DNA of 64,000 nt. It comes from Bilabrum cf. latius (taxonomy: Eukaryota). The notes below the pieces were generated by a model that had not been told where the DNA came from, searched no databases, and saw nothing but the letters and a program-made list of their open reading frames with translations. Below, piece by piece: positions 51,201 to 63,300 of this stretch. The stretch is from positions 434,001 through 498,000 of the forward strand of contig OZ237775.1 in the NCBI GenBank assembly GCA_965178125.1. The letters run 5' to 3'. The translations under genes and the position numbers were made by a program. The first letter of the stretch is position 1, and every line of letters begins with the position of its first letter.

Positions 51201-54200
51201 GGCGGGCGCGACCCTCACCAGCCGGTGCGATCGAAGGCCCAACCAACACATCGTCCAACCTAGGCATGTCGGCTCTGACGTACGGCAGTGCGGGCTCAGC
51301 AGCAGCCAAGCAGGGCGCAGGCGCTGGGGCAGCCTCCTAGGATGCGCCGAAGAGCATCTTACGGAAGGGTGGCAAGCGCGCCTCTACGCACGCAGACAGC
51401 CCGTCCCAGACACGAGACACTCGGCTCAACGCCTCGGGATTGATGGCCTCGCCTGATCACTCCCAGAATGGAGGTGCTGGGCTGCATGGCGTGCCTGCAA
51501 GCGCGATGAAGCCCACGAGTGCATCAAAGGTGGACGCAATGTTCAGCCCCGAGGCGGCAAAATCGGCTGCACGTGATGCTTCTGACCCATACAGCAACCT
51601 GAGGGCATAGACGGCTAGAAAGCGCGCGTCAGATGGTGGGGTGGCTGCGGGCAGACGGCGGCGATCAAGCGCGGTGCGACACGACTTGCTGTCTGCTGCA
51701 CACGTTGGCGATGCCGATTCTGGCTCGACGGGCGGTGCTGCCGCCGCTGCTGACGGCTTGGAAAAAGTCGGGGCTGGCTCCTCCAGGCAGCGCCGTGCAT
51801 CTGCAGTCGCTCGGTTGTCCAGCACCGGGGGTCGACAGAGGCGGGGCTCGATCGCCCGCCGCTCCCGCAGACCCAGTCAGGTGGAGCAGCTGATTGGAAG
51901 GCTGTTCGCGGGCGGGGCTGCTGCAGATAACGGTGCGGCTGATGATGATGCGGATGCGCTTGGTACAGAGCAAGAGGCTTGGCGCGGCATTCAAAAGCGA
52001 ACGATGGAGAAGAGGAGGAAGCAGAAGCAGAGAGAGAGGCAAGCAGAACGGAGACGAGTGAACGAGGTCACAATGGACCCAGAGGTTGAGCGCAGGCTGA
52101 AAACCATGGAGCTGGCGCTGAACGCGCACAAAGAGCACACCCGCATGACCTGGCTGGGCCGCGATCGGGCAGAGCAAGCAAGGTCCCGGCAGATGCGCCG
52201 ATCGCTTGGCGGACCGACCGACCAGTCAGTGCCGGGCCAAAGACTTGGCAACGTAGATGACGAGCACAGCACGAACAGCCAGCTGGCAATGAGGCTGAAC
52301 ACCGGCGGCTTCGGGTCGTCCGGCCAGGTATCCGCTGGCGTTGGTGCCAGGGGCGGTCGCGATTCCCGAGGCAAGGTACGGGGGCAGCGCAGACCGACTA
52401 AGGAACGCAGGTAGTCACTTAACGACCAGGTGCTTCTGATGGACGCCATGCCCTCCAAGAGACCCATCCCGGCTCTCGGGCTGCTGGCTCCCAAAGACAA
52501 CCAGCTGCCCTCCGTCCGAACGCCGCTGGGCAGCGCCGGGGCCCGTGTTGGACGAGGCAGAGAGGACTTGCACCGCCACCCGAAGGGTTCTGTCACCACT
52601 CGAGCCGCCAACGCAAAGGGCGGCATCAAGGGTTCTCTGTTCGGGTTTGATTCGGATGTGGTCGACGAGGTGATTGGGATGGATGATCTGCACGCTAGTA
52701 GTCGACACAGCGATGCCAGCAAGGGCAAGAGCTCCAAGTCCGGTGGGGGCCGTCGCTCCGGGTCTGGGTCTCGGGAGCTCTCGGGCACGCAACACGAGTC
52801 AGGTTCGAAGGGCAGTTTATCTTAGGCAGGAAGCGTGGTACCAGACTCCGGCTCGGTGCAAGAAGGGAAGATGCCATCGTCCCACCTAGAGGGGGCAGCT
52901 CTCGATGCGTGGCAGGATGTGAGGGAGGGCGAGGCACGCCGCCAGAGACGCAGCTCCAGAGGATCAGCAGAGCGATCCCGCAGGAGCTCAAAGGGCAGCC
53001 AGAGGTCTTTTGCCAGCAAGCACAGCGCCAAGCTGCCCACGCTCGAGGAGGCAATGCAGTCCTTCCCGTACAGGTCTGCAGCCGGCCGCATCACGCGGGC
53101 GCCATCACAGAGCTCATCGATCTTCGGCAAAGTGTCCGGCCCGCATACCGACATCGGTGTCGCGCCCGCCCGCGGGAGACAGGTTAGCGCTCCCCCCGCT
53201 CAGCGAACGAACCAAGGGGGTGATGCAGGGGATCATGACAGGCGTCCGTCAGGTGCTGGCACACGAGGCACACAGGGCACACGAGGCACACAGGGCACAC
53301 GAGGGTCGCAGTCCAGGCGAAGGAGCCGCAACAGCTCCAGCCTGGACGGAACAAAGGATTCGGAGCTGAGAGCAACTGCACAGGCTGCGGCCGTGGCTGT
53401 AGCCGATGCGCAGGCGAAGAAGCTTCTACGAGAGGCATCCGAGGCCGGCGTGAGAGTCAGGCGCCACAGCTGTCCCAATGCGCTAGACCGCGGCCTAGAG
53501 CGGTTCGGTCGCGACGAGATGCACAGGAAGGGGTACGTTCTCACGGAAGTCCCGCCCCCACTCAGTGCAAAGGTATCCGAAGTGGCTGGTGCCGAAACCG
53601 CCTCGCAGCTTGCTCCCGGCCACAGGAGGCGCAAGCCATCCGCGTTCAGCAGTGCTAGCAGGGGTGCGCTAATGATGGAGCGGCCGGGGGAGCCTGGGGC
53701 AGGCATATCGTCTCTGGACTCGCGCAAACTGGCAGGCGCTGCAGCCGGTGGTGCTGCGACAGGCGTACTGCAGTCAATCGGCGAGGGTGAAATCCTGCCA
53801 GCTGGGACGAGTGTCGCTGAGCTTGAGGCCAGCTCGGCTGGTGCGGTACCGGCAGAGGCAGCCCGTGTCAGCATCGCCGACCTGCGATCGGGCAGAAAGG
53901 ACTAGTGGTCTACCAATCGTGGTATGCACCGCGTGCAGACATTCAATTCCCCTGCAAGGGTGCGCCAGCTGGCACGTCAAGAAGGGCGGGAGGCTCTAGA
54001 GGGCGGTCTACTGGGCCGATACCAGGCGAGCGGTGCTGGACAGCTGGCAGCTCGTCGTACCGGTCAGGCGGCCCCCCGTCGGTCGAAAGAGGGCAGGGGG
54101 ATGCGAAGGGTGCCAAGCGCACTGCCAGGGGGGCTGCGCATGGGGAAAACGTCGTTTAGTGCCGGTTTGGGCGCCGCCCGGGATGGGGTGCAATCTACGC

Positions 54201-57200
54201 CACGCTCGGGCGTTGGCTCAGGCAAGCTGCGGCCGGCAGAGGTCTCTGTGCTTAAGGCGTACGGTGGCATCGATGCTTCACCCTCTACCTCAAAGACGCC
54301 GCTGCGATGGGGCTGGAAGAAGGCACAGATGAGGCAGAGCAAGATCAAGCAGCACAAGGCCAAGCAGATGTCACACAGGCACCTGGACACGGGCGGTGCG
54401 GCCGGCGCTGCCAGTCGTGGTCGGCAGCTGAGTGCCCTGGAGCAAGCCAACCTCAAGCGAACGAGCACAGGAGTGCCGGGGACCTTTATGGCGGGAAGCC
54501 GCACCCGTCCCAGCGCAGGGGGAGGCAGGCCTTCGCCCAAGGAACCAGTGCCCAGGGCCTTGCAGATCGGTGCCGCCGAGGGGATGGCCCATGCCAAGCG
54601 AGACCGTGCATTCGGAGCCAACAATGCCGTGGCTAAACAAGCTGCAGGTACTGTCCTTGCGAAAGATTCGTTCATCGAAGGCCTCAAGCGTGTCGAGTCG
54701 CCAGCCACGAGCGATGCCGCGCCTGCCTCTGCCGATGGCAGCGGCAGTGTGACTGGACTTGTGGGCGTGGACACGCTCGGGCGACCTACTGGAAGGGCAG
54801 TGGAGGGCCGCAGCGTTGCCTCCTCGGGTTCCGGTAGGCCCCCTGCCGGGCCCCATGGGCATCGCCGTGCCACCCACGAAGGGGGTGCAGCGCAGCACCA
54901 CGAGCATGTTGACGAACCCGGGGCATCGGCTGCCCCTGCTCAAGCAGCAGTTCACAAGCATGCCCCGCTCCAAAGAAACCTATCGCAGAAGCAAATGAAT
55001 TTGCTGCACGGGATTCGGGGTGCTCGTGCACCTATAATGTCGGAGCATGACGCAGAGGAGCGGATGCGCCACATGGAGTCCGACAACCTGCGCCGTCAGA
55101 TGCACGGGATCGAGCATGGGATGGACGCGATCCTGGGCGACGAGGAGGAGAACCAAGAAGGTACGGGCTCCGGTGGGGAGGGCAGCTCGGACGTTGAGTC
55201 GGACGACGACCACTTTGACCAGGTGCTGGATCTCTTTGATCTGGAGCACCCTGACTTGTGCAGGAGGACGAGGCAGAGGGCCGTGACGTACCTGGCGCTG
55301 TGCTGCGGATGCGTGACCCAAAATGAGGTGGACCGTATTGGGCAGGAGGGTGAATATGCCGAGGAGGGGGGTGACCAGGACGAGGACAAGCCATCTGCTG
55401 GGGCTGGAGAATCGGGCGGGGGCTACTGCGGCTGCTGCTGTCGGGAAGCACGAGGAGGACCAGGCAGCGGCAGTTCCTCGGTAGCCTCGCCAAATGTGTC
55501 CCCAGCGATGCGAGGGAACAGGGCCACTGCCACCGTAACCCCAATGGCTGCTGTCAAGCAGGGTAGTCTGCACTCTGATCAGCATCAGAAGCAGCAGCAC
55601 TTCACGTTTGCTGGTCCAGCGGCAAGGTCCAGCGTGTCCGGTACACCACCGGCTGCGCTCGTGGCTGCAACGCCCAGGTCACCTGCGCGGTCTCCGATGC
55701 GGTCGCCATTGCGCTCCCCTGCTCGTCGCAACCGAGGCATGCGAAACTCAAAGACTTCGGCAGACTCCGCCGCTGCTGCACTGAAAGAGGCCTTCGGAGA
55801 CAACGGAGGGGCACCACCCTCTCCAACCGCGAGACGCGCCACTGTGCAGGGACATTCTAGGGGGTCCAGCTCTACCGCTCACTCTGTTGATATCGGCGAG
55901 GCTGGATAGGGCAAGGGTAACGAAGACGGTGACGATGAGGAAGACACGGATGCGGGAGAGCTGGATCTGGCAGCCAAGCAGGAGCTTGCAGTGGCCTCTG
56001 TGTGCCCGGGCTTCTTCTCCAACCGGTCGCTCTGCCTCTTTGCCCCCCATGACAGCGTCCGCAGGCAAGCAGTCTGGATCGTGTCCCAGAGCTGGTTCGA
56101 TAACACCATTCTGGTCCTCATCCTGCTTGCCTGCGTGGTGCTGTCTCTCGACTCACCCCTCCTGGATCCGGCCAGTCGGCTGGCCAGCGCCCTAACGGCC
56201 ATCGATCTGGCGCTGACGTTCATCTTCCTCGCCGAACTCATCATCAAGGTGCTCGCAAACGGACTCATGTTTGGCTCCATCGCATACCTGACCTCGGCTT
56301 GGAATTGGCTTGACGCCAGCCTCGTTGCGATCTCGCTCTTTGCCCTGTCTGGCGCAGCTTCGACGAACATCAACAGCCTCCGGTCGCTTCGGGCGCTCAG
56401 GGCACTTCGGCCACTGAGGGTTATCAACAGGAATGAAGGTCTGCGGGTGGTGGTTAATTCTCTATTCCGCGCCATTCCCTCTATTCTCAACGTGCTCGTC
56501 ATCCTCGTGCTGTTCCTGTTCATCTTCTCGACTGTCAGCGTCAGCTTCTTCAAAGGCAGCTTCGACAACTGCACGGGGCCTGTATTTGAGGCCCTTACGG
56601 ATGAGCAGCAGGACCTCGTTGTGAATCCGCGCCCATTCAACGACTTGACGCCTGCAGAACAATCGTGGGCGGCCGACCCCGTCAATCGGCCGTCCTTCCC
56701 CAGCACCAACCCAACGTCCAAAGATGTGTGCCTGTGGCTCGCTGCGGACTGGGAGCCAACGGTGCCGCAAAACTTTGACAACGTCGGCAACGCGATGGCC
56801 ACCCTTTTCGAGCTCATGTCGACGGAAGGGTGGCTCAACATCATGTACGCCGGTGTGGATGCCCGTGGGATCGAGATGCAGCCGGTGCGCGACTACCAGC
56901 CCCTCTGGCAGCTGTACTTTATCGTGTACATGATCCTCGGGTCGCAGCTAGTCATAAACCTGTTCGTCGGTGTGGTCATTGACGCGTTCAGCAGATAGAG
57001 GCAGGAGCAGGGGGAGAACTCGCTGCTGACAGAGTCGCAGAAAGAATGGGTTGCCACGCAGGAAGCCATGCTACAGGTACGACCGAAGCGAGTGCTGCGA
57101 CCCCCGCTGGACCCCACCCGCAAGAGCTTATTTTACCTGGTGCAATCTCAGAACTTCGAGATCTTCATCATCGTGTGCATCATCCTAAACGCGATCGTTA

Positions 57201-58645
57201 TGGCCATGTTCTACTTCGGGCAGACGTCGGCGTACGGCGACGCGCTCGAGGTGCTCAACTACGTGTTTGCTGGCATCTTCACAGTGGAGGCCGTGCTTCG
57301 AATCCTGGGGGTGGGCTTCTTTGAGTACATCACGGATCCGTGGTCCCTCTTCGATTTTCTCATCGTCATAGGCACGGACCTCGGCATCGTGCTGCGGTTC
57401 GTTGTGGGGCTCGATGTGGGTACGATCGCCACCCTGATCCGCACCTTCAGGATTGCCAGGATCGTCCGATTGATTCGATCCGCTCGGTCCCTCAGGGTCC
57501 TCCTCTCCACGCTGATTGCCACACTGCCCTCCCTTGCCAACATCGGTAGTTTGCTGTTCCTGCTGCTGCTCGTGTACGCGATCATGGGCGTGCAGCTGTT
57601 CGCACTGGTCAAGTTCGGGCCCGCGCTGAACGAGAACGCCAATTTCAGGTCGCTGGGCATGGCGCTGCTCACGCTGATCCGGTGTGCCACGGGCGAGGAC
57701 TTCAACGCGATCATGGCAGACCTTCAGGTCACCACGGACTGCGACCCGAACCCTACGTGGGACGACGAAGAGCCAGCGGGCTGCGGCTCTCCCATTACTG
57801 CGTACGTGTACTTCTATTCCGTGGTGCTTCTCATCGCATTCGTGCTGATCAACCTGCTGCTTGCCGCCATCCTGTCAGCCTTCACGGACAGCTCAGCGGA
57901 GGAGGACGCGCGACTGAGCAAGGAGCAGCTGGAGGCGTTCGCGACGGTGTGGGCGGAGTTCGACCAGGACGCCTCGATGTTCATGCCGGTCAGCAGGATC
58001 ATCCCGTTCCTGCGGGCACTGCCCCCGCCCATGGGCTTCGGCAGGGACTACGATGTGTCGGACGATCAGATCAGGAACCTTACGATCCAGATGAGGATAC
58101 CAACCTACGGCGGGACCATGCTGCACTTCAGCGACGTGGCGCGAGCCTGCGCCCGCCGCGTGATTGCGACGGCAGTGCAGGAGCGTGGTGACGAGTGGGA
58201 GGAGCTGCCGGAGGACCACACGGTGGAGAGGAAGTGGCAGGAGCTGAGGCGGTCTTCCATCTCGAGGGTCATGCGAAGCAGGCGAAACGTGCTGGGGCCG
58301 GATGCGATGCTGAGCGATGCAGAGATCGGCGCAGGTGGCGCCGGGTCTGTCGGCAGGAAGCCGTACGGTATCCAGCACATCTACGCAGCGAGGGCGATCT
58401 CCGACACGTTCCGCTGCTGGCGCTTCCGCTGGAAACTCGCATCGGCCATGGCAGAGCTAGAGCAGGTGCTCGAGGAGGAGGGGGGTGACGAGGAGGGCAG
58501 AGGAAATCAGGACGAGGACGGGTATGCTGAGGAAGGGGAGGTGATGCGTGGTGGAGCTGCTGCGACTGGGTACGGGCAGACCCCGCTGGGGATGCACCAG
58601 CGCGGTGATGGGAACCACGTGCCATTCGGGGGTCCTGAGCTGTGA
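42293..58645 (+). CDS. Four-domain voltage-gated calcium channel alpha-1 subunit (EEEE filter), ~5,450 aa, no intron needed
   Basis: Fifteen ORF pieces share one frame, separated only by TAG (24 counted), and end in TGA. There are four S4 helices (e.g. LRTLRLLRPLRSL, LRSLRALRALRPLRVI) and P-loops TLEGW, MVEAW, STEGW, TGEDF. The C-terminus has an EF-hand-like WAEFD...LPPPMGFG and an IQ-like IYAARAISDTFR. The start could be 42293, 42437 or 42452. Confidence 0.9.
53258..53303 (+). repeat. Coding minisatellite, 18-bp unit x~2.5 (GTRGTQ)
   Basis: ggcacacgaggcacacag repeated within the channel II-III linker. Confidence 0.8.
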
Positions 58646-59539
58646 ACCGTGGGACTGTTCAGGGACTCGACGCACAACTGCAGCGGGCACCGTAATTGAA
58701 TCGAATGAGCGTCTCTATATATGGATACATCTCCCTGTCGTATACGTATCTCTAAGGATCCGGATGGTACAGTGATGCGCGCGCGAATCCGGACTCCGTA
58801 ATACAGTTGGCACTTGCGTAGACTACTCAATTCAAATCGGCCAGGCTCCTTGCGCTCCACAGCCTGCTGACACCTCACGAGCGCGTCGTCGTCGCTAGAC
58901 ATCCGCCCCTCCTCGAGGTTCCAGCCGTCGCTGGGCAGCCCTTCTTCCTCTGCTCCTCCTCCGTGGCGACATGAGGTGTGGAGAAGGTCGTAATCGTCGT
59001 AGTCTAGTCAATAAATCTAGTCATCATCACCCGATGAGGCGCACCGGACCAGAGCCTGCCAGGGTACAGGTTAGCTGGGCCATAGTCAATCCAGTATTCG
59101 GCCTAGGGATACAGCGACTGGGGGAATACATATAGCTGATCACCTCCACACACTTCCGGCGTATGCGGGCCAGCAGGCTCAGAAGTTCCAGCCGTCGCTG
59201 GGCAGCCTCTGCCGTCTGGGACACCCTTGTGTTCGCCCCAAGCTCCGTCCAAGGGCGACTGCAGGCCGCTCAGCCACAAATGCGGTGAATAGCTCCAACC
59301 CCGAGAGATCGTTCTGGGAGGTCCCGATGCCCGAAGGCGCCGTGCTCTGATGGAAGCAGCCGAATCAGCACCTCAATCAGAGCGGAGCGGCCGTCCGTGA
59401 CGGACCGCACCGCGACATCCCGCGGCCACGGTATTAGTCCGAAGGCCCGAAAGAGAGCATCTGCCGAAGAAGATTGCCCTGCCGCATCTCGCCGCTCGCA
59501 CCTTTGCCCTCGTCCTCCTCCACGGCGACCTCGGCGCAC

Positions 59540-60262
59540 TCAGTCGCTGCCCGCCTTGCCTACCGCTAGCGCAAGCACAGCGAGCATCTGCTCGACCTCC
59601 TCTGGTGTGAACCTAGAGAGGGACGGGATCAGGGCAATTGCCTCGTCCACGCTGCCGGGAGCAAGGTTGCTCAGCGCGGAAATCTCAAACGAATGGAGCG
59701 TGACAGTCTGTGCCACGCCGCCATCGGTGGCTTCACGCGCGTACTCCAAACCACTGAGCTATTGTCTCAGCTCGTTCAGGGTATCGTAATCAGCCTTTGC
59801 AGGCGCTCCCTTGAACCGCTTCGCGAACTGTGCCGCGAGCTTCTGGGCACTGCGAAACTAGTCAAGTTGTGGCCATATTTAGAGCCACTGTGCACACCAC
59901 AAGAATGGAAAACAATATGATATTTAAAGCACTTACGGTAGCATGGAGCTTTCGTCTTGCTGTAGCCCTTCAAAGAGCGCGACTGCCTCTGCGTTCGACA
60001 AGAACTCTGCTTTCCCCAAAACTGCGGCGCGCAGAACGGAATATGGCATGAATTGCACAGTCCACTGCAATGTGATAGTACATGATACGATCATCAAAAT
60101 GCAGGCCTCACTCGAACCGAACGCGAGCTCTTCGGCGCTGATGTCCTCTTCCTCATCCTTGGCCGCAGCCGGGTCCCTTGCCACTGCGGCTGGCTCAGGC
60201 GGGCCCGCTGACTCGCCAGCGAAACCTGTATCAGCTCCAAAATCGAACCCGTCGTCGTCCAT
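59540..60262 (-). CDS. RPB4: RNA polymerase II subunit RPB4-like; predicted introns 60022-60111 and 59850-59936
   Basis: EEED...L.FG...AEFLSNAEA and LHSFEISALSNLAPGSVDEAIALIPSLSRF match the RPB4 pattern. GT-AG introns preserve the frame. One TAG (59759) lies in ELRQ*LSG. Ends in TGA. Confidence 0.8.
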
Positions 60263-60388
60263 GCTACGCTGCTGCCGGAATTGTGCTGCAGCCTGCAGCA
60301 GATTCGCGCGAAGTTGCGTGACAATAGGCCAGTGTATTAAAAACAAGACAAAATGGACGGGCTGCAACTGCATAATTGTTTGCTTCCC

Positions 60389-63300
60389 ATGGAAGATGAC
60401 ATGGAAGATAGAATCAACGATATTGTTTACAATGATGAGATGTACCTGCGGTGGAAGCAACATACTCCAATAGTTTACGACACTCTTCTAAACTCCCGGA
60501 TAGAATGGGGCACGCTGTCCCTGGCCATGGGAGACGCTCGGCAGGTAGCAACGACCGTTGCGCTGCGTCGGCACCTGCTGGAAGGTGATCACTCACACCG
60601 AACTAAGGCTGTAAGTAATGCTGTTGGTCGCTTGGGTGCCCGGGAGGCCAAAGACCTGGCGGCTGGTACGTACCGCAGGAGGGTATACTTTGCACCAAGA
60701 ACCGGTGAGTCAAAGCAGCTTGCGCCTCGAGACATGGCATGAATTGTTGAATGATTATTGGGTTTTCAGATGCTTCCCAATTTACCGATCGCAGACGCGG
60801 AGTATAGTGCGGATTCAAATTGCTGGGATTCTGGCGAGCCGTCTCTACTAGTGCAAGGCGAGCTCAGCATCTCCAGGAGACATCGTACCAATCGCCGTGG
60901 GATTTCAAGGTTTTCCGAATCCAGCTCTTCCTCTCGTCTCTCCATTTCTCGAGAGATCGTGCACCCGGGAGAGGTGAACAGGGTTCGGTGAGACGCTCGC
61001 GTTGCACTTCCGATCGGCATACCCTAGAGCGAATCGACCCCTGTCAGCGCGCTACGTTTCTGCGCGACTGCGACGCTTGCGAGATTTGCGCGTCGCCCGT
61101 GCATCCAACCGCCTGCTCCGATCACCCGTTCCTGCCCCGCCCCTCCACCCGCAGCACTTTCGCCTCCGCTGACCACCTGGTGGTCACGCACACGGATTCG
61201 CCCGACCTGTTCGTATGGAACACTGCCAGAGACAGGGCTTAGGGAACATGGAGGGCGCGCGCCGATGGGTCCGGTTCCGCAATGCGCGGCGCCACTCCGA
61301 AGGGTCCCATCCCGTGCGCCGTGCCTGACGTGGTGCTGTCTGGTCACGCCGGAGAGGCGCAGTATGCGCTCGATCTGGCCCACGCTGGCGCCGCGAGGCG
61401 GCGAGCGGAACCAAGACCAGGAGTCGCTGCACCCAGTTCGTCGAGTTCTGAGTCAGCTGCAGGATTTTCAGCGTAGGTCCAGGCTCCGATGCTGCCATCC
61501 GGGATGTCGGCCCTCTCTGCCACCAGCAGCGAGATCGGATCAGGGATCGGATCAAATAGCGAGTCAGCCACCCCCACAGCCGCTGATCTGCCGGCTGCCT
61601 CCCCCACGCGCTGGGGAAGTTCCACAGGCACGGGCGCCGCGCCTCAGATGCGTGTGCTCTCTGGGGACGAGACGGGCCAGGTGTGTCTCTGGGATCTGGA
61701 CGATGCAAGGGGGGCGGCGAGGGACAGACTGGGGCTGGGGCTGGAGCCCGCAGGTGGCATGGGCCATGCGACGGAGGACACATAGCTTGGTGCTGAGGAT
61801 GCATTGCGTGGCGGTGCATTGCAGGGGTCCAATTTCTCGATGGGTTCCGCTGGGGTGTCGGGGCTGCGGCACGCCAAGGGCGGCTAGTCACACATGCGCG
61901 CCTCCGGTGTGACGAGTGTGTCAGCTGCGCCCCGCCTGCCACCTGTATTCTCTGGGCAGGGTCACACCAAGGAGGTCGCCGCTGTGTGCTTCATGCCCGT
62001 ACCTTCCATGGCCATGGGGGAGGGCCATGGCCATGGCGGTGCGCTCTGTGGCGATGGGCCGGGGACGGGGCAGGGGCAGGGGCTGGGACTGGCCAGCATG
62101 GTCAGGGGCCCCGGCTTGGATGGCTGCAGCGATGACCCTGCACTGCAGGGGCTGGGTAAAGACGGGAGTGCGGACGACTCGCTGGCGATGGGGTGGTCAA
62201 AGTGGGAGTCGGACGGGATCCGATGGCGCTGCGACTCTGGCACGGATGGAAATCGAAACGAGGCTGTGGTTTGGGCCCATGGGGCAGAGGCTGCTTTACC
62301 CAAAGGATAGCACGGCATTGCTGGTGGTCTGAAGGGGCCGCAGTCCCCGGTTCCACTCCGCGTAATTGACGGATGGGATGGGGAGGATGCAGGCAGCGCC
62401 ATTGGGTGGAGCACTGTGCAGCACGATGCCTTTCTCGCCCGCGGCTATGGCAATGTGTTTGCCTCCGCGGGACTCGACGATACGCTGCACCTGTGGGATG
62501 CCAGGGCGAGCACTAAGCCGGTTGCAACTGCCGCGGGCGTGCACGGCGGTGAAGCCGTGGCGGTGGCCTGGTCGGCTCTGGACCCTGCCCTTGTAGCGAC
62601 GGGGGGTTCTGACGGCGCCGTGCGGTTGTTCGACGTGCGGTGCATGGGAGCACATGCCGGCGGGAGTGGCAGCGGTGGTGGGAACATTGGTGTGACGAGT
62701 GAGTGGGGCTTGGGTGCGATCCGGATGGCGGGCAAGCAGCCGCTGCTTGCGGAGCTGAGGTACCACTTGTCTGACGCACTCTGCGTGGAGTTTTCGTGCG
62801 CCGCTAGCGGCGTGCTGCTGTCAGCAGGAGCTGATGGCGTCGTGGTGCAATGGGACCTTGCGCAAGGGGATGCAGCGCGAGCTGCTGTGGTCGGTAGGGG
62901 CATGGCAACAGATGGGAATCGCATAGGTGTGGAGGACGAAGATCGGCTCGGGGCGGGCTGTGGCAGCGGTCGCGAAGACGGCACTTTTCCTGTAGGTTCC
63001 GCAGATGTGCAGCCCGGCATTGCACCGTCTGCTGGGGACAGGGAGACCTCCCGGCTGGCGGCAGCCCCGTCTTCATTCTCATCGTCATCGGCTCCAGTAC
63101 CGGCTCCAGCATCGGGGAAGGAAGCAGCAGCACTGCCAGTGTCATCAGCCAGCAGCGACCAAGCTGCAGAGCCGGAGATGGAGCCGCGGTGCCTGCTAGC
63201 TGGGGCTGCTAGGCACGCTGCTGTTCGTATCACGCTAGATGCGTGGCGCCAAGATCTCCCAAAGAAACCGAAGGTATAGGAAGGGGCTGTGGCAGTGCCG

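Noticed and set aside
10005-58645. TAGs as 3' ends of tiny in-frame introns
   Set aside because: Most lack a suitable upstream GT donor, and paralog or family alignments run through them without gaps. 22719 is a possible exception.
58650-59539. Minus-strand ORFs downstream of RPB4
   Set aside because: They are short, the frame I traced is closed by TGA, and none has a recognisable domain.
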